Source of the DNA: an uncultured delta proteobacterium
GTDB taxonomy: Bacteria > Myxococcota_A > Polyangia > Polyangiales > Polyangiaceae
NCBI GenBank assembly: GCA_963841435.1
Contig: CAWJCS010000003.1
Location: forward strand, 960,001 to 1,024,000
Direction of reading: 5' to 3'
Length of the DNA: 64,000 nucleotides
Below the pieces are notes generated by a model. It saw only the letters and a program-made list of their open reading frames with translations, made no database searches and had not been told where the DNA came from. A program made the translations under genes and the position numbers. Within the stretch, counting starts at the first letter, position 1. Every line of letters begins with the position of its first letter. Of the stretch, positions 10,239 through 19,700 are shown one piece after another.

Positions 10239-12566
10239 CTAGTACTGGCTCCCGCCGCCGCTGACGGGGTCGTTCGCGAACGGAACGAAGTCGGTGTTCT
10301 GACGGGAGTAGTACTGCCCGCCCATGTCGATGGCGCGAATCAGCTTGGCGAGCTCCTCGCGCGTCAGGCCCACCTCGGCCGCGTGATCCCAGCGCGTGCC
10401 CGCGATGGTGCCCTTGTTGTCGTCCACGGGGAACGGCTGGCCGAGCGCCCAGGCGTACTCGCTCGGGTTGCCCTCGGCCGCGACGTTGAGGACCTCGATC
10501 ATGCGGCTGTGGCGCGCATCGCTCGGCACGGCCCAGCGCGGCGGGACCGTACCGGTCACCATCGCACCGTCGAGGTTCATCTCCATCTGCAGTGCGGCCG
10601 GGTAGAACAGCGACACGTAGGAAGCCGGCCAGGCGCGCGTCTCGCGATCGTAGGTCACGGTGATCTCGCGGCTCGAGAGGTCGAGGCGCGGGATGTCGTA
10701 GGTGTCGGTGACCTCGCCGGTGACGGCGTCGGTCATCGTCACCTGGTAGAACTCCTGCGCCTTACTGCCGTTCGTGGTCTCGTTGTGGCACTGGACGCAC
10801 TTGGCATCGAGCAGCGCCTGGATCTCGTTCGCGTTGCCCGCCTTGGCGTAGGCCCAGGGGTACTCGACGCGATCGGCAACGGCGAGGTTGAACGGTTCGG
10901 GGTTGTTGCCCGCCGCGATCGTGAGCTGCTGGTCGGCGGGCAAGATCGCCTTGGTGCGATCCTCGTGGCAGCCGCCGCAGATGCGGCCCTCGCCCGGCAT
11001 CCCCTGAATCCAGGTGGTCTGGCTGCGAATCGACAGACCGAAGCGATCGATGGGCTGCAGGTGCATCGGCACGTAGGGCGGCACTTCCGCCATCCAGGAG
11101 CCGTCCTCGTTCACGCGAGCTTCGCCGAGCATCGCGGCTCCCTCGGCCATCGTCAGGCCGAACATCGTGGCGCCGGGGGCGGACTCGGTGGAGAAGCCCT
11201 CGATGATACGCACCTTCACGGCATCGCCGAGCGCGCGATCCATCGGCGTCCCGGCGGGAAACTGCGCGCCCTCCACGGTCTCACCGTGGCGCGCGTAAAG
11301 CGAGGTCTGCGTCACGTCGATCGAGCCGACGATGGCCGGCTTCGAGTCGTCAACCGTGTCCTGCCGGGTCGGCAGGATGGCGGGCTCGTCGCGCGCGACG
11401 ATCGGCCGGGCGTAGATCTCCCAGCTGCCTTCCCAGTTCTTCACGAGCTGGTTCTCGCCGCTCTTGGTGTCGTAGACGTAGATGCCGTAGTCGGGCGGCG
11501 TGAGCTCGAACTCCATCGTGTCGTTGACGACGCCCGGGGCCCACGAAACCAGCAAGCGACCGTCGGGCAGCATCGCGGGCGAGCGGTAACGACCGACGGG
11601 CGACGGGCCGTCACCCGTGGGCACGAGCGGCGTCACGAGCGAGAAGGCGTCCTCCTTTTCCTCGTCGACACGCAGCGCGTCAGCGGCGCTCCGGGCGTCG
11701 TAGCGGAACAACGAGCCCGCCTGGATGGTGTTCTCGCGATTGGTGACGACGCCGTAAAAGACGTTGGGCGTCGTGCCCTCGGTGACCTGCACGAGGGAGT
11801 TGCCCGGCTTGCCGTGCTGGCCGCCGAGCGCCGTCATCTGCGTGCAGTCCGGGTTCATCGCGAAGAGCTTCACGTCGTTGACGTTCTCGAGGTGCTCCCA
11901 GCGCGAGAAGCCCACGCGACCGTCGTCCATCGAGAAAAGCGTCACCGTGTGCGACAGATTCTGCGAGCAGAGCTTGCGATCCGCGTCGCCGCCGTCGAGC
12001 GAGACGGACCCGAGCTGGGTCACCACCTGCGAGTGGTTGTACTCGTCGGCGCGCGTGCCCATCTGCGTGTAGCCCTGGTTGGTCACGAACACGATGCGGT
12101 TGCCCGTCGACCAGATGGCATTGATGTCGTCGTAGTTACCGAAGGTGAGCTGGTGGATCTCGCTCTCGCCTTCGGCGAGGCTCGCCCAGTACACGTGGTA
12201 CCGATCGCTCGCCTTCGTCTTCATCGTGAAAAGGACGCGGGTCGCGTCGTAGCTCACGTCGACGCTCGAAACGTCCGCCTCGGGGTAGCCGGCGATGAGG
12301 TTCGTGATGTCGCCCGTCCTGAGATCGAGCACCTCGAGCCGCCCACCGGGCTCGTAGCGGCCGTAATCCATCACCTGGCCCATGCCGCCCGCGACGTCGA
12401 TGGCGGTCACGTCGCCGTTGCCGTCGAGCACGGTGTGCTGGCGCACGGCGTAGACGATCCGACCCACGTCGTTTTTGCCCTGATCCTCGGTGGACGTTTG
12501 CCCTGAGCACGCGGCGAGGCCGAGCAACGTCAGGATCGGGAGCGAGGTCTTGAGCGAGCGAACCAT
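10239..12566 (-). CDS. HzsA-related (hydrazine synthase alpha-like) diheme beta-propeller lipoprotein
   Basis: RBS TAAGGAG before ATG 12566. Lipobox LAAC. Propeller repeats, then LGEARVNEDGSWMAEVPPYVPMHLQPID...WIQGMPGEGRICGGCHE (HZS-alpha middle-domain pattern), then a second motif CVQCH. Confidence 0.82.
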   Translation of the reverse strand: MVRSLKTSLPILTLLGLAACSGQTSTEDQGKNDVGRIVYAVRQHTVLDGNGDVTAIDVAGGMGQVMDYGRYEPGGRLEVLDLRTGDITNLIAGYPEADVSSVDVSYDATRVLFTMKTKASDRYHVYWASLAEGESEIHQLTFGNYDDINAIWSTGNRIVFVTNQGYTQMGTRADEYNHSQVVTQLGSVSLDGGDADRKLCSQNLSHTVTLFSMDDGRVGFSRWEHLENVNDVKLFAMNPDCTQMTALGGQHGKPGNSLVQVTEGTTPNVFYGVVTNRENTIQAGSLFRYDARSAADALRVDEEKEDAFSLVTPLVPTGDGPSPVGRYRSPAMLPDGRLLVSWAPGVVNDTMEFELTPPDYGIYVYDTKSGENQLVKNWEGSWEIYARPIVARDEPAILPTRQDTVDDSKPAIVGSIDVTQTSLYARHGETVEGAQFPAGTPMDRALGDAVKVRIIEGFSTESAPGATMFGLTMAEGAAMLGEARVNEDGSWMAEVPPYVPMHLQPIDRFGLSIRSQTTWIQGMPGEGRICGGCHEDRTKAILPADQQLTIAAGNNPEPFNLAVADRVEYPWAYAKAGNANEIQALLDAKCVQCHNETTNGSKAQEFYQVTMTDAVTGEVTDTYDIPRLDLSSREITVTYDRETRAWPASYVSLFYPAALQMEMNLDGAMVTGTVPPRWAVPSDARHSRMIEVLNVAAEGNPSEYAWALGQPFPVDDNKGTIAGTRWDHAAEVGLTREELAKLIRAIDMGGQYYSRQNTDFVPFANDPVSGGGSQY

Positions 12567-12618
12567 GGTCAGACTCCTTACGGGGGCCCAGGGCAGGCTA
12601 AGGGCCACCCCCAGCTGT

Positions 12619-12634
12619 TGCAGCTCTTGGACCA
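12619..12634 (-). promoter_or_regulatory. Putative sigma54 -24/-12 promoter for the HzsA-like operon
   Basis: Minus strand TGGTCCAAGAGCTGCA = GG-N10-GC, about 50 bp upstream of the start. IHF-like AT-rich site TAACTATCTGAAAT just upstream (about 12650-12663). Confidence 0.6.
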
Positions 12635-12793
12635 CAAAACATTCCCGTGATTTCAGATAGTTACAAGCTGGCACGCGGGGCCCCGGCCCCCGAACGACGC
12701 CCCGAGCCGGGGGCGGGTTCCCCCAAGGTCGGAGCGCGCGGAGTCTCGGCCCGCTTTGCCGGCCGCGCCGTCGAGGGTAGTTGTTCGGCCGTT

Positions 12794-13459
12794 TTGGAAG
12801 GCGTGAAGTTCGACCAAGCCGGGCTCGTACCGGCGATCGCCCAGGATCGCCTCACGGGCGCCGTGCGCATGGTGGCGTGGATGAACCGCGAGGCGCTCGA
12901 GCTGACGCTCGCCACGGGGCGCGCCACTTTCTTCAGCCGTTCGCGCAACGCGCTCTGGGTGAAGGGCGAAACGAGCGGCCACACGCTCCACGTCTCGGAG
13001 ATCGTCGCCGATTGCGACGGCGACACCCTGCTCTTGCTCGTCGACCCCGAGGGGCCCTCTTGCCACACGGGGCGACCGACCTGCTTTTTCCGACCGCTGT
13101 CGACCGACGGCCTGCGCGAGGCGCCGCGCGAGTCGTTGCCCTACCTCTTCGAGCTCGAAGCCGTGATTGCGGAGCGCGCGAGCTCGACAGCCGAAAAGAG
13201 CTACACGCGCTCGCTCCTCGACAAGGGGGCCGCGGGCATCAATCCGAAGATCCTCGAGGAGGCCGGCGAGCTCGCCCAGGCGATCGAGGGCGAAAGTGAC
13301 GAGCGGGTGGCGAGCGAGGCCGCCGATCTGCTCTATCACGCGCTCGTGGGCCTGAAGCTCAGAGGCGTCTCACTGAGAGAGGTCGTCGAGAAGCTCGCGC
13401 TGCGCTCGCAGACCTCGGGCCACGCCGAGAAGGCCGCGCGCGCGCCCAAGCGAGACTGA
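12794..13459 (+). CDS. hisIE: Bifunctional phosphoribosyl-AMP cyclohydrolase / phosphoribosyl-ATP pyrophosphatase
   Basis: [31 protein letters not shown] and E.ADLLYH motifs. Start codon uncertain. Confidence 0.95.
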   Translation: MEGVKFDQAGLVPAIAQDRLTGAVRMVAWMNREALELTLATGRATFFSRSRNALWVKGETSGHTLHVSEIVADCDGDTLLLLVDPEGPSCHTGRPTCFFRPLSTDGLREAPRESLPYLFELEAVIAERASSTAEKSYTRSLLDKGAAGINPKILEEAGELAQAIEGESDERVASEAADLLYHALVGLKLRGVSLREVVEKLALRSQTSGHAEKAARAPKRD

Positions 13460-13633
13460 GCGGCGCCGCGACCCACGGGGCCGGGAGCCGCTCGGCGCCG
13501 TTCGGCGGGCGGGCGCGGGTGGCGCGCTTAACGAAGTGGTGCGGAAGGCGCATGCGCGCGCCGTTTTTTCCTTGGGGTTCATGCAGTTTGACCCTGCTCG
13601 CGGCGAGCGAGTATCGTCATGGGCCCGGCGACG

Positions 13634-15730
13634 ATGAACAAAAAGGTGTTGATCTTCGAGAGCGACGCCGCGTTCGCGGAGGAGCTTCGCTCGGGATTCG
13701 CGGGCATTGGCTGCGACGTGTCGGTGGTGGACGATGCGACGCAGGGGCTGCAGGAAGCAGCCCGCAGTCGGCCCGACCTGATCGTGCTCGCCGTGGAGCT
13801 GCCGCGCAGCAACGGCTTCTCGGTCTGCAACAAGCTCAAGCGCGACGCGGGCCTGCAATCGGTTCCCGTGCTCATCCTGAGCCGCGACTCGACGGACGAG
13901 ACGTTCGACCAGCACCGACGCCTCAGGGGGCGTGCCGAAGACTACATCCACAAGCCCGTGAGCTTCGGGGATTTGTTGGCACGGGCCCAACAGTTCACCT
14001 CGCTCGCGGCGACCCCGTCGGGACCCGGCGAGTCGGCCCCCGAGAGCACGGCGCACGTGACCGACGACGAGCTCGTCATCGATTCGATTCCGCCGCCGGC
14101 CGTCGAGGAAGAGGAGGTGCTGATCGCGCCGCCCAGCATCGCGCCGCTGAGCGGGCCACCCGTCACGGTCGAGGACCTCGAGATCCTCAGCGAGACACCG
14201 CCGCCACCGGCCTCGATCGAGGAGGTTTCGCTGGCTCCGCTGCCGCTCGAATCGGACGAGCCGATGGAAATCGTGAGCGACCCGCCCCCCGCCGAGGACG
14301 CACCCGGCTTCGTCGCGGGCAGCGAACTGCCGACGAATTCGCTCGTGGCGCCCGCGAGCGTTGCGCCCTCGGCGCGACCGCCCTCGCTCGGTCCGGCGTC
14401 CGCGCGCCGCCCGTCGGAAAGCGTCAACATGGCGCGCCTGCGCGAGCAGGTCGAGCGCCAGCGGCAGCGGCTCGCGGAGCTCGAGGAATCCGAGCGCGCG
14501 GCGCGAGCCCGCGCCGACGAGCTCGACGAGGCACTCCGACGCGGCGCCGCCAAGGACGCGGAGGTCCAGCGCCTTCAGCGGGATCTCGACGAGGCCAAGG
14601 CCAAGGTCGTGTCCGGCAAGTCGTCGGGCTCCGCGCGCGAGTTCCTCGATCTGAGGGAGCAGCTCAACCGCAAGGACAAGGAGATCCTCGAGCTCAGGGA
14701 TCAGGTCACGCATCGCGACAAGGAGCTGCTCGCGCTCAAGGATGGCGCGCTCGCGTTCGAACGCCAAAAGGCGGATTTTTCCGATCGCGTCCTCGAAGCC
14801 GAGCAGCGTCTCACCGAAGCGCAGCGCCGCGAGGAAGCCGCCAAGGAAGACAAGGAGCAGGCGACCAAGCGCGCGGAGGATTTCCGGCGCAAGACGGAAA
14901 AGCTGAAGAGCGACTTCGAGCTGCTCTCGGGCGAGCTCTCCAACGACCGCGCCGCGCACCAGGCCGAGCTTGCCGAGCGCGACGCCCGCGAGGCCGCGCT
15001 GCGCCAGGACCTCGAGGACGCGAAGAAGAAGGCCGAGGCCGAGCTCGAGGCCGCCGTCCAGGCCACGGAGGACCAGGGGCAGCAAAAGCTGGACGAAGCG
15101 CTCGCCACCGCACGGACGGCGGCCGAGGAGGAGCGCCGCGCCGCCATCGAGACGGCGCGCAGCGAGGGGCAGGCTGCGGCCACCGAGGAGTTCGAGACCA
15201 AACGGCAGGCGCTCGCGCGCGCCCACGACGAGGCGGTCTCCAAGGTGCGTGCCGAGCAGGCGCAAGCGCTCGGCGAGGTCGAACAGAAGTCGGCGGCGAT
15301 GGTGGCCGAAAGCCAGCGCGAGCTCGAGCAGCGTTCGCGCGAGCTCGAGGAGAAGAACTCGCGCGTCGCGAGCCTCGAGAGCGAGCTCGCCGAAAAGGCG
15401 ACCGCGCTCTCGGAAGCCAACGAGAAGCTCGAGCGCCTCGAACGGGAGCACTCGCGCGTGAGCACGGAGCTCGGCGAGGCGACGAACGAGCTCGAAGCCT
15501 TCCGCGACACCTCCGCTCAGCGCGCCAAGGCCATCGCGAAGCTCGAGGCGGACGTCGAGGCTGCGCGGACGGCTGCGATGGCCGCCGAGCAGACCATAAA
15601 GGCCACGGCGGGCGAGCTCGCCAAGGTCCGATCCGACCAGCAACAGAGCCGCGCCGCGCTGGAGGGCGCGAAGGACGCGCTCGCCCTCGCGCTCGTGCGC
15701 GTCGAGCTCGCCCAGGGTACGGGCGAGTAG
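13634..15730 (+). CDS. FrzS/AglZ-like pseudo-receiver domain + Pro-rich linker + long coiled coil
   Basis: KKVLIFESD...PDLIVLAVEL...NGFSVCNKLK...QHRRL...DYIHKP resembles the M. xanthus FrzS receiver. Ala replaces the phospho-Asp. Long heptad-rich C-terminus. Confidence 0.8.
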   Translation: MNKKVLIFESDAAFAEELRSGFAGIGCDVSVVDDATQGLQEAARSRPDLIVLAVELPRSNGFSVCNKLKRDAGLQSVPVLILSRDSTDETFDQHRRLRGRAEDYIHKPVSFGDLLARAQQFTSLAATPSGPGESAPESTAHVTDDELVIDSIPPPAVEEEEVLIAPPSIAPLSGPPVTVEDLEILSETPPPPASIEEVSLAPLPLESDEPMEIVSDPPPAEDAPGFVAGSELPTNSLVAPASVAPSARPPSLGPASARRPSESVNMARLREQVERQRQRLAELEESERAARARADELDEALRRGAAKDAEVQRLQRDLDEAKAKVVSGKSSGSAREFLDLREQLNRKDKEILELRDQVTHRDKELLALKDGALAFERQKADFSDRVLEAEQRLTEAQRREEAAKEDKEQATKRAEDFRRKTEKLKSDFELLSGELSNDRAAHQAELAERDAREAALRQDLEDAKKKAEAELEAAVQATEDQGQQKLDEALATARTAAEEERRAAIETARSEGQAAATEEFETKRQALARAHDEAVSKVRAEQAQALGEVEQKSAAMVAESQRELEQRSRELEEKNSRVASLESELAEKATALSEANEKLERLEREHSRVSTELGEATNELEAFRDTSAQRAKAIAKLEADVEAARTAAMAAEQTIKATAGELAKVRSDQQQSRAALEGAKDALALALVRVELAQGTGE

Positions 15731-15731
15731 C

Positions 15732-16496
15732 TCAGTCGGCGCGGCGAGCCCGCGTCGCCTCGATCAGGTGGAACTGGCGTGGCCTGAGCGGCCACACGAA
15801 GTAGGCATGCGGCCGCTCGGCGGGGAAAAATCCCCCCGTGAGATGATCGATGAGCACCGCCTGGCGCTTGGCGATCCCCCCGGCCTCGTCTTCGAAGACG
15901 GGGTAGAAGTGCTCGAGGATCTCGGCGTCGTCGAGGCGGCGATCGGTGTCGACGCGGACCTCGAGCGCAGGCTCGATCTCGCCCGACACCCGATCGTGAA
16001 AGCTTGCCCACGAACGCCCCTCGGTCGCCCGCCGAACGGCGTCGCGGATCTTCGCGAGACGCGGGTCGCCGTCGTCGGTGGTCTCGAGCAGGACCCTGAG
16101 CTGGCCTATCACGTTCGAAAACAGGATCGCCGCGTCACCCTCGGCCCTGAGCAGCTGGACGAGCCCCGCGGGATCGGCGAGCAGTCGATCGTCCCTGACG
16201 AACCGGAGCCGCGGCCGGTGCTCGAGCGGCGCCCGGGCGAGCCTGCGCCGAAACAGCACGTGAGCAAGCGGATCCGGCTCGAGGCACACGACCTCGTCGA
16301 AGCGCTCGTAGAAAAAGGGCTGCACGCACCAGCCGCCGCTCGGCCCCACGACGACGAGCTTCTGCTCGGGTGGCTCCCAGGCGTAGAGCCATTCGGCGAG
16401 CGCGAAGCGAAACGGGGCCCAGAGCGTCTCCGCGTAGCGAAACCCCCGCACGTGGTAGCGCAGGCCGCCCGCGGGATTGGTGAGCGAAAAGCTCAC
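15732..16496 (-). CDS. Hypothetical protein, possible SAM-methyltransferase-like fold
   Basis: Overlaps the upstream gene (GTGA). VVVGPSGG followed by VVCLEPD resembles Rossmann MTase motifs I/II. Confidence 0.55.
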   Translation of the reverse strand: MSFSLTNPAGGLRYHVRGFRYAETLWAPFRFALAEWLYAWEPPEQKLVVVGPSGGWCVQPFFYERFDEVVCLEPDPLAHVLFRRRLARAPLEHRPRLRFVRDDRLLADPAGLVQLLRAEGDAAILFSNVIGQLRVLLETTDDGDPRLAKIRDAVRRATEGRSWASFHDRVSGEIEPALEVRVDTDRRLDDAEILEHFYPVFEDEAGGIAKRQAVLIDHLTGGFFPAERPHAYFVWPLRPRQFHLIEATRARRAD

Positions 16497-17254
16497 TCCG
16501 ACCGTTCCAGCTCGCCCTCGAACGGCACCCAGCGACCCTCCAGCAACCGCTCGTGCGGGACGAAGCGAGCCTTGTAACGCATACGCTCGCAGTCGCCGAT
16601 ATAAAGGCCAAGGTAGAGGTGCCGGAGGCCCAGGCTCTTGCAGAGCTCGACCTGCTTGAGGATCGAGTACGTGCCGATGCCGAGGCTCTCGAGCTCGGGA
16701 TCGTAGAAGCAGTAGACCGCCGACAGCGAATCCTCGGCCCGATCGACGAGCGCCACGCCGACGAGCTCTCCGTCAACGGTGTAGCGGAGCTCGAAGCTGT
16801 CGCAGCAGGTCATGACGAGAAACTGGCGATAGCCCGCCAGGTCGATCTCCTGGTCGCCGAGGCCGCGCAGCTGCTTGTGCCGGTTGTAGAGAGCGACGCG
16901 TCGCTCGTCGAGCAGCGGCGGCCCCATCTCCACCGAGAGCACGCGAGCGCCGCGAGCGAGCGCGCGGCGCTGCGAGCGGTTGGCCCGGAACTTTTGTACG
17001 TCGAGCCGGATGGGCTCGCAGGCGCGGCAGCTCGGGCACGCGGTACGGTAGAGGAACATGCCCTGGCGGCGGTCACCCGCCGCCAGGCGCTCGTCGAGCT
17101 CGTCGCCGGCGAGGCGTCGCGACGGCACGCGCAGGGGCAGCACGGCCGTACGACCCGTCACGTAGGGGCAATCGTGCGGCTCGTCGTACACGACGATCTC
17201 CGGGGGCGTCCCCGGGATCACGCGCGGGGGTACGACGGGGCTCGCGCGGGTCAC
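16493..17254 (-). CDS. Arginyl-tRNA-protein transferase family (Ate/Bpt)
   Basis: CPY, GDRRQG..YRTAC.SC.AC.PIR, LSAVYCFYDP, SLGIGTY, YLGLYI.DC..M.YK motifs. GTG start overlaps the cdd stop. Confidence 0.9.
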   Translation of the reverse strand: MTRASPVVPPRVIPGTPPEIVVYDEPHDCPYVTGRTAVLPLRVPSRRLAGDELDERLAAGDRRQGMFLYRTACPSCRACEPIRLDVQKFRANRSQRRALARGARVLSVEMGPPLLDERRVALYNRHKQLRGLGDQEIDLAGYRQFLVMTCCDSFELRYTVDGELVGVALVDRAEDSLSAVYCFYDPELESLGIGTYSILKQVELCKSLGLRHLYLGLYIGDCERMRYKARFVPHERLLEGRWVPFEGELERSE

Positions 17255-17661
17255 GGCTTCGGCTCCAACACGAACGGTTCGGGTAGAAGCGCCGCGAGCG
17301 TCATCGTCCGGCGACCGGAGGGGCCCGCCACGGTGACCTCCGCATCGTGCCCGAACTCGTGCAGCACCTGACGACAAAGACCGCACGGCATGACGAGCTC
17401 GGGGCCCTCCGCGTACACGGCCACGCGCTCGATGGCTCGTTCGCCTGCCGCGACCATCGCGGCCACGGCGGAGCGCTCCGCGCAGAGCGTCGCCCCGTAG
17501 GAGGCGTTCTCGACGTTGGCACCAACGTACGTCTCCCCGCTCTTGCTCACGATCGCGGCCCCCACGCTAAACCCGGAGTAAGGTGCATAAGCGTGCTCGC
17601 GCGCCCGGCGGGCCGCCTCGACGAGCGGATCGACGCGCTCGGAGGCGACGCCGTCAGTCAT
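17251..17661 (-). CDS. cdd: Cytidine deaminase
   Basis: AYAPYSGF.VGAA, GANVENASY, CAERSA and PCGLCRQ motifs. Confidence 0.95.
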   Translation of the reverse strand: MTDGVASERVDPLVEAARRAREHAYAPYSGFSVGAAIVSKSGETYVGANVENASYGATLCAERSAVAAMVAAGERAIERVAVYAEGPELVMPCGLCRQVLHEFGHDAEVTVAGPSGRRTMTLAALLPEPFVLEPKP

Positions 17662-18481
17662 GGCCGAGCTCCTGCTTCATGCGCTCGATCCAGCCGCCGA
17701 GCAGGCGGCCGAGACGATCGCGCGCCGCGGCGCCCGTCGCCTGCACCTCGGCGTGATCGAGCGGCCGATCGCCGAGGCCGGCAGCGACGTTGGTGACGAC
17801 GCTCACGGCGCCGACACGCACGGCGCATTGCCGGAGCGCGATCACCTCGAGCACGGTGCTCATGCCCACGGCATCGGCGCCGAGCGTGCGCAACATGCGG
17901 ACCTCGGCGGGTGTTTCGTAGCTCGGCCCGAGCAGCCCCGCGTAGACCCCCTCCTCGAGCGTGATCCCCTCGGCTCGGGCGGCGTCGCGTGCGAGACCCG
18001 CCAGTATGGGATCGTAGGCAGCCGTCATGTCGGGAAAGCGCGGCAGCCCCTGGCTGGGACCGACGAGCGGATTCATCCCCGTCAGGTTGACGTGATCCGT
18101 CACGAGGAGCAACGCACCCGGCGAAAGCCCCGAGCGAATGCCTCCCGATGCGTTGGTGAGCAGGACGACGCGACAGCCGAGCTCCCCGAGCAAGCGGACG
18201 CCGAACACGACCTCTTCGGGCGCATGACCCTCGTAGAGGTGGACCCGCCCCGACAGGCACGCGACGGGCACCCCGCGAAGCCGCCCCGCGACGACCTCGC
18301 CCGCGTGGCCCGGCACCTTCGGGACGGGCATGCCCGGCACGTCGGCGTACGGCACCTGCTTTGCCCCCTCGAGGGCGGTGCCGAACGCCCCGAGCCCCGA
18401 GCCGAGCACGACGCCCACGAGCGGCCGTTCGCCGAGCCTTTCACCGAGAATTCGAGCGGCTGCGGCAGGCCTGGCGCTCAT
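17654..18481 (-). CDS. punA: Purine nucleoside phosphorylase (trimeric PNP I type)
   Basis: VLGSGLG, GRVHLYEG, TNASGG, GPSYETPAE, VGMST and VTN motifs. Confidence 0.92.
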   Translation of the reverse strand: MSARPAAAARILGERLGERPLVGVVLGSGLGAFGTALEGAKQVPYADVPGMPVPKVPGHAGEVVAGRLRGVPVACLSGRVHLYEGHAPEEVVFGVRLLGELGCRVVLLTNASGGIRSGLSPGALLLVTDHVNLTGMNPLVGPSQGLPRFPDMTAAYDPILAGLARDAARAEGITLEEGVYAGLLGPSYETPAEVRMLRTLGADAVGMSTVLEVIALRQCAVRVGAVSVVTNVAAGLGDRPLDHAEVQATGAAARDRLGRLLGGWIERMKQELGHD

Positions 18482-18550
18482 GCCGGCTCCAAGCTATGGT
18501 CCCGCCCCCTGTCGCCCAGCCCGATAAGGTGCGGGCAGCGAGAACCCTGC

Positions 18551-18892
18551 ATGGCCAGCAAGTTCGCCCAGTTCATCGAAGATAACAAGATCGACCCGCG
18601 CCGCCTGCTCGTGGTCTCCAAGCGCATCGAGCGCCTCGGTCCCCCCGACCGTCGCATCAAGCTCGACAAAGCGCGCGCCAAGAGCGCGGGCGCAACTCCT
18701 GCGCCGGCCGAAGGCGAGAAGGTGGAGCCGAAAAAGCCGAAGTCCGGCAGGCCCGTGACGCCGCGGCTGTTCGACGCCGCCAAGAACGGCAAGCCCGTGG
18801 CCGCGCCCGCCAAGACCCGCCTTCTTCGCGCCGTCAACGGCGTCCTCACGCAGAAGAAGAAGCCGGCCGTCGATTTGCGCACGCTCTTCTGA
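18551..18892 (+). CDS. Small Lys/Arg-rich hypothetical protein
   Basis: ATG 18551 (MASKFAQF...), high-GC3 codon usage, 113 aa, very basic. Confidence 0.7.
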   Translation: MASKFAQFIEDNKIDPRRLLVVSKRIERLGPPDRRIKLDKARAKSAGATPAPAEGEKVEPKKPKSGRPVTPRLFDAAKNGKPVAAPAKTRLLRAVNGVLTQKKKPAVDLRTLF

Positions 18893-19073
18893 GCGTTCGG
18901 CCGCGCGCCGCGGCAGACAAAGGCTGAAAGATCCGGGAGGCCCGTGCATCCAACCTCCCGTGGCCCCGGCCTTCGCCCTTGCCTACCCGCTCCTACCCGC
19001 GCGGCTCACTCCGTTCGGTCCGCCGGTGGGCGCGGACGAGCGGGGAGCGCGTGCGGGCGCTAGTCTTGGACGG

Positions 19074-19700
19074 GTGAGCGTTTCCGGGGACCTCCTGTCA
19101 CGCTGCCAAGCTTCGGACCCTGCCGCCTTTCGCGAGCTGTTCGAGACGCACCGCGTCGAGGTCACGCGTCTCGTGTTCCGCATGACGCACGGCAGCGGCG
19201 ACCTCGAGGATCTCGTGCAAGAGGTGTTCGTTCAGGTCCATCGCAGCCTGCCGTCGTTCCGCAGCGAGGCGCGCCTCTCGACGTGGATTCTTCGTATCGC
19301 CGTGAATGTCGTGCTCATGCACCGTCGCGCGGCGCGCACGCGCCCGCTGATGCTCGTGAGCAAGGGCGAGCCGTCGCTCATCGACGACGCAGGGCCGCCC
19401 GACGAGCAGGTGTCTCGGCGGCGCCGCATCGAAGCGCTCTATCGCATCGTCGATCGTTTGAGCGAGAAGAAGCGCACGGTGTACGTGCTGCACGAGCTCG
19501 AGGGTCTGTCACCCCATGAGATTGCCAAGATCCTCGGGTCACCCGTGCTGACCGTCCGCACGCGGCTCTTCTACGCGCGGCGCGAGGTGCTCTCCCTGCT
19601 CTCGAGCGAGCCCGCGCTCCGCGCCATCGCCGACGGCCTCGGAGCGCCGAGCTCCGATCGACCCGGTGCGGGACGCGAGCCGCACAAGGAGCCCGCTTGA
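19074..19700 (+). CDS. ECF sigma-70 factor
   Basis: EDLVQEVF, F...A.LSTW..RIAVN, region 4 LHELEGLS..EIA.IL...TVRTRL. Confidence 0.92.
   Translation: MSVSGDLLSRCQASDPAAFRELFETHRVEVTRLVFRMTHGSGDLEDLVQEVFVQVHRSLPSFRSEARLSTWILRIAVNVVLMHRRAARTRPLMLVSKGEPSLIDDAGPPDEQVSRRRRIEALYRIVDRLSEKKRTVYVLHELEGLSPHEIAKILGSPVLTVRTRLFYARREVLSLLSSEPALRAIADGLGAPSSDRPGAGREPHKEPA

Noticed and set aside
6110-12566. Bona fide anammox hydrazine synthase
   Set aside because: No hzsB/hzsC or other anammox genes in the window, and the context is myxobacterial. Only architectural similarity is claimed.
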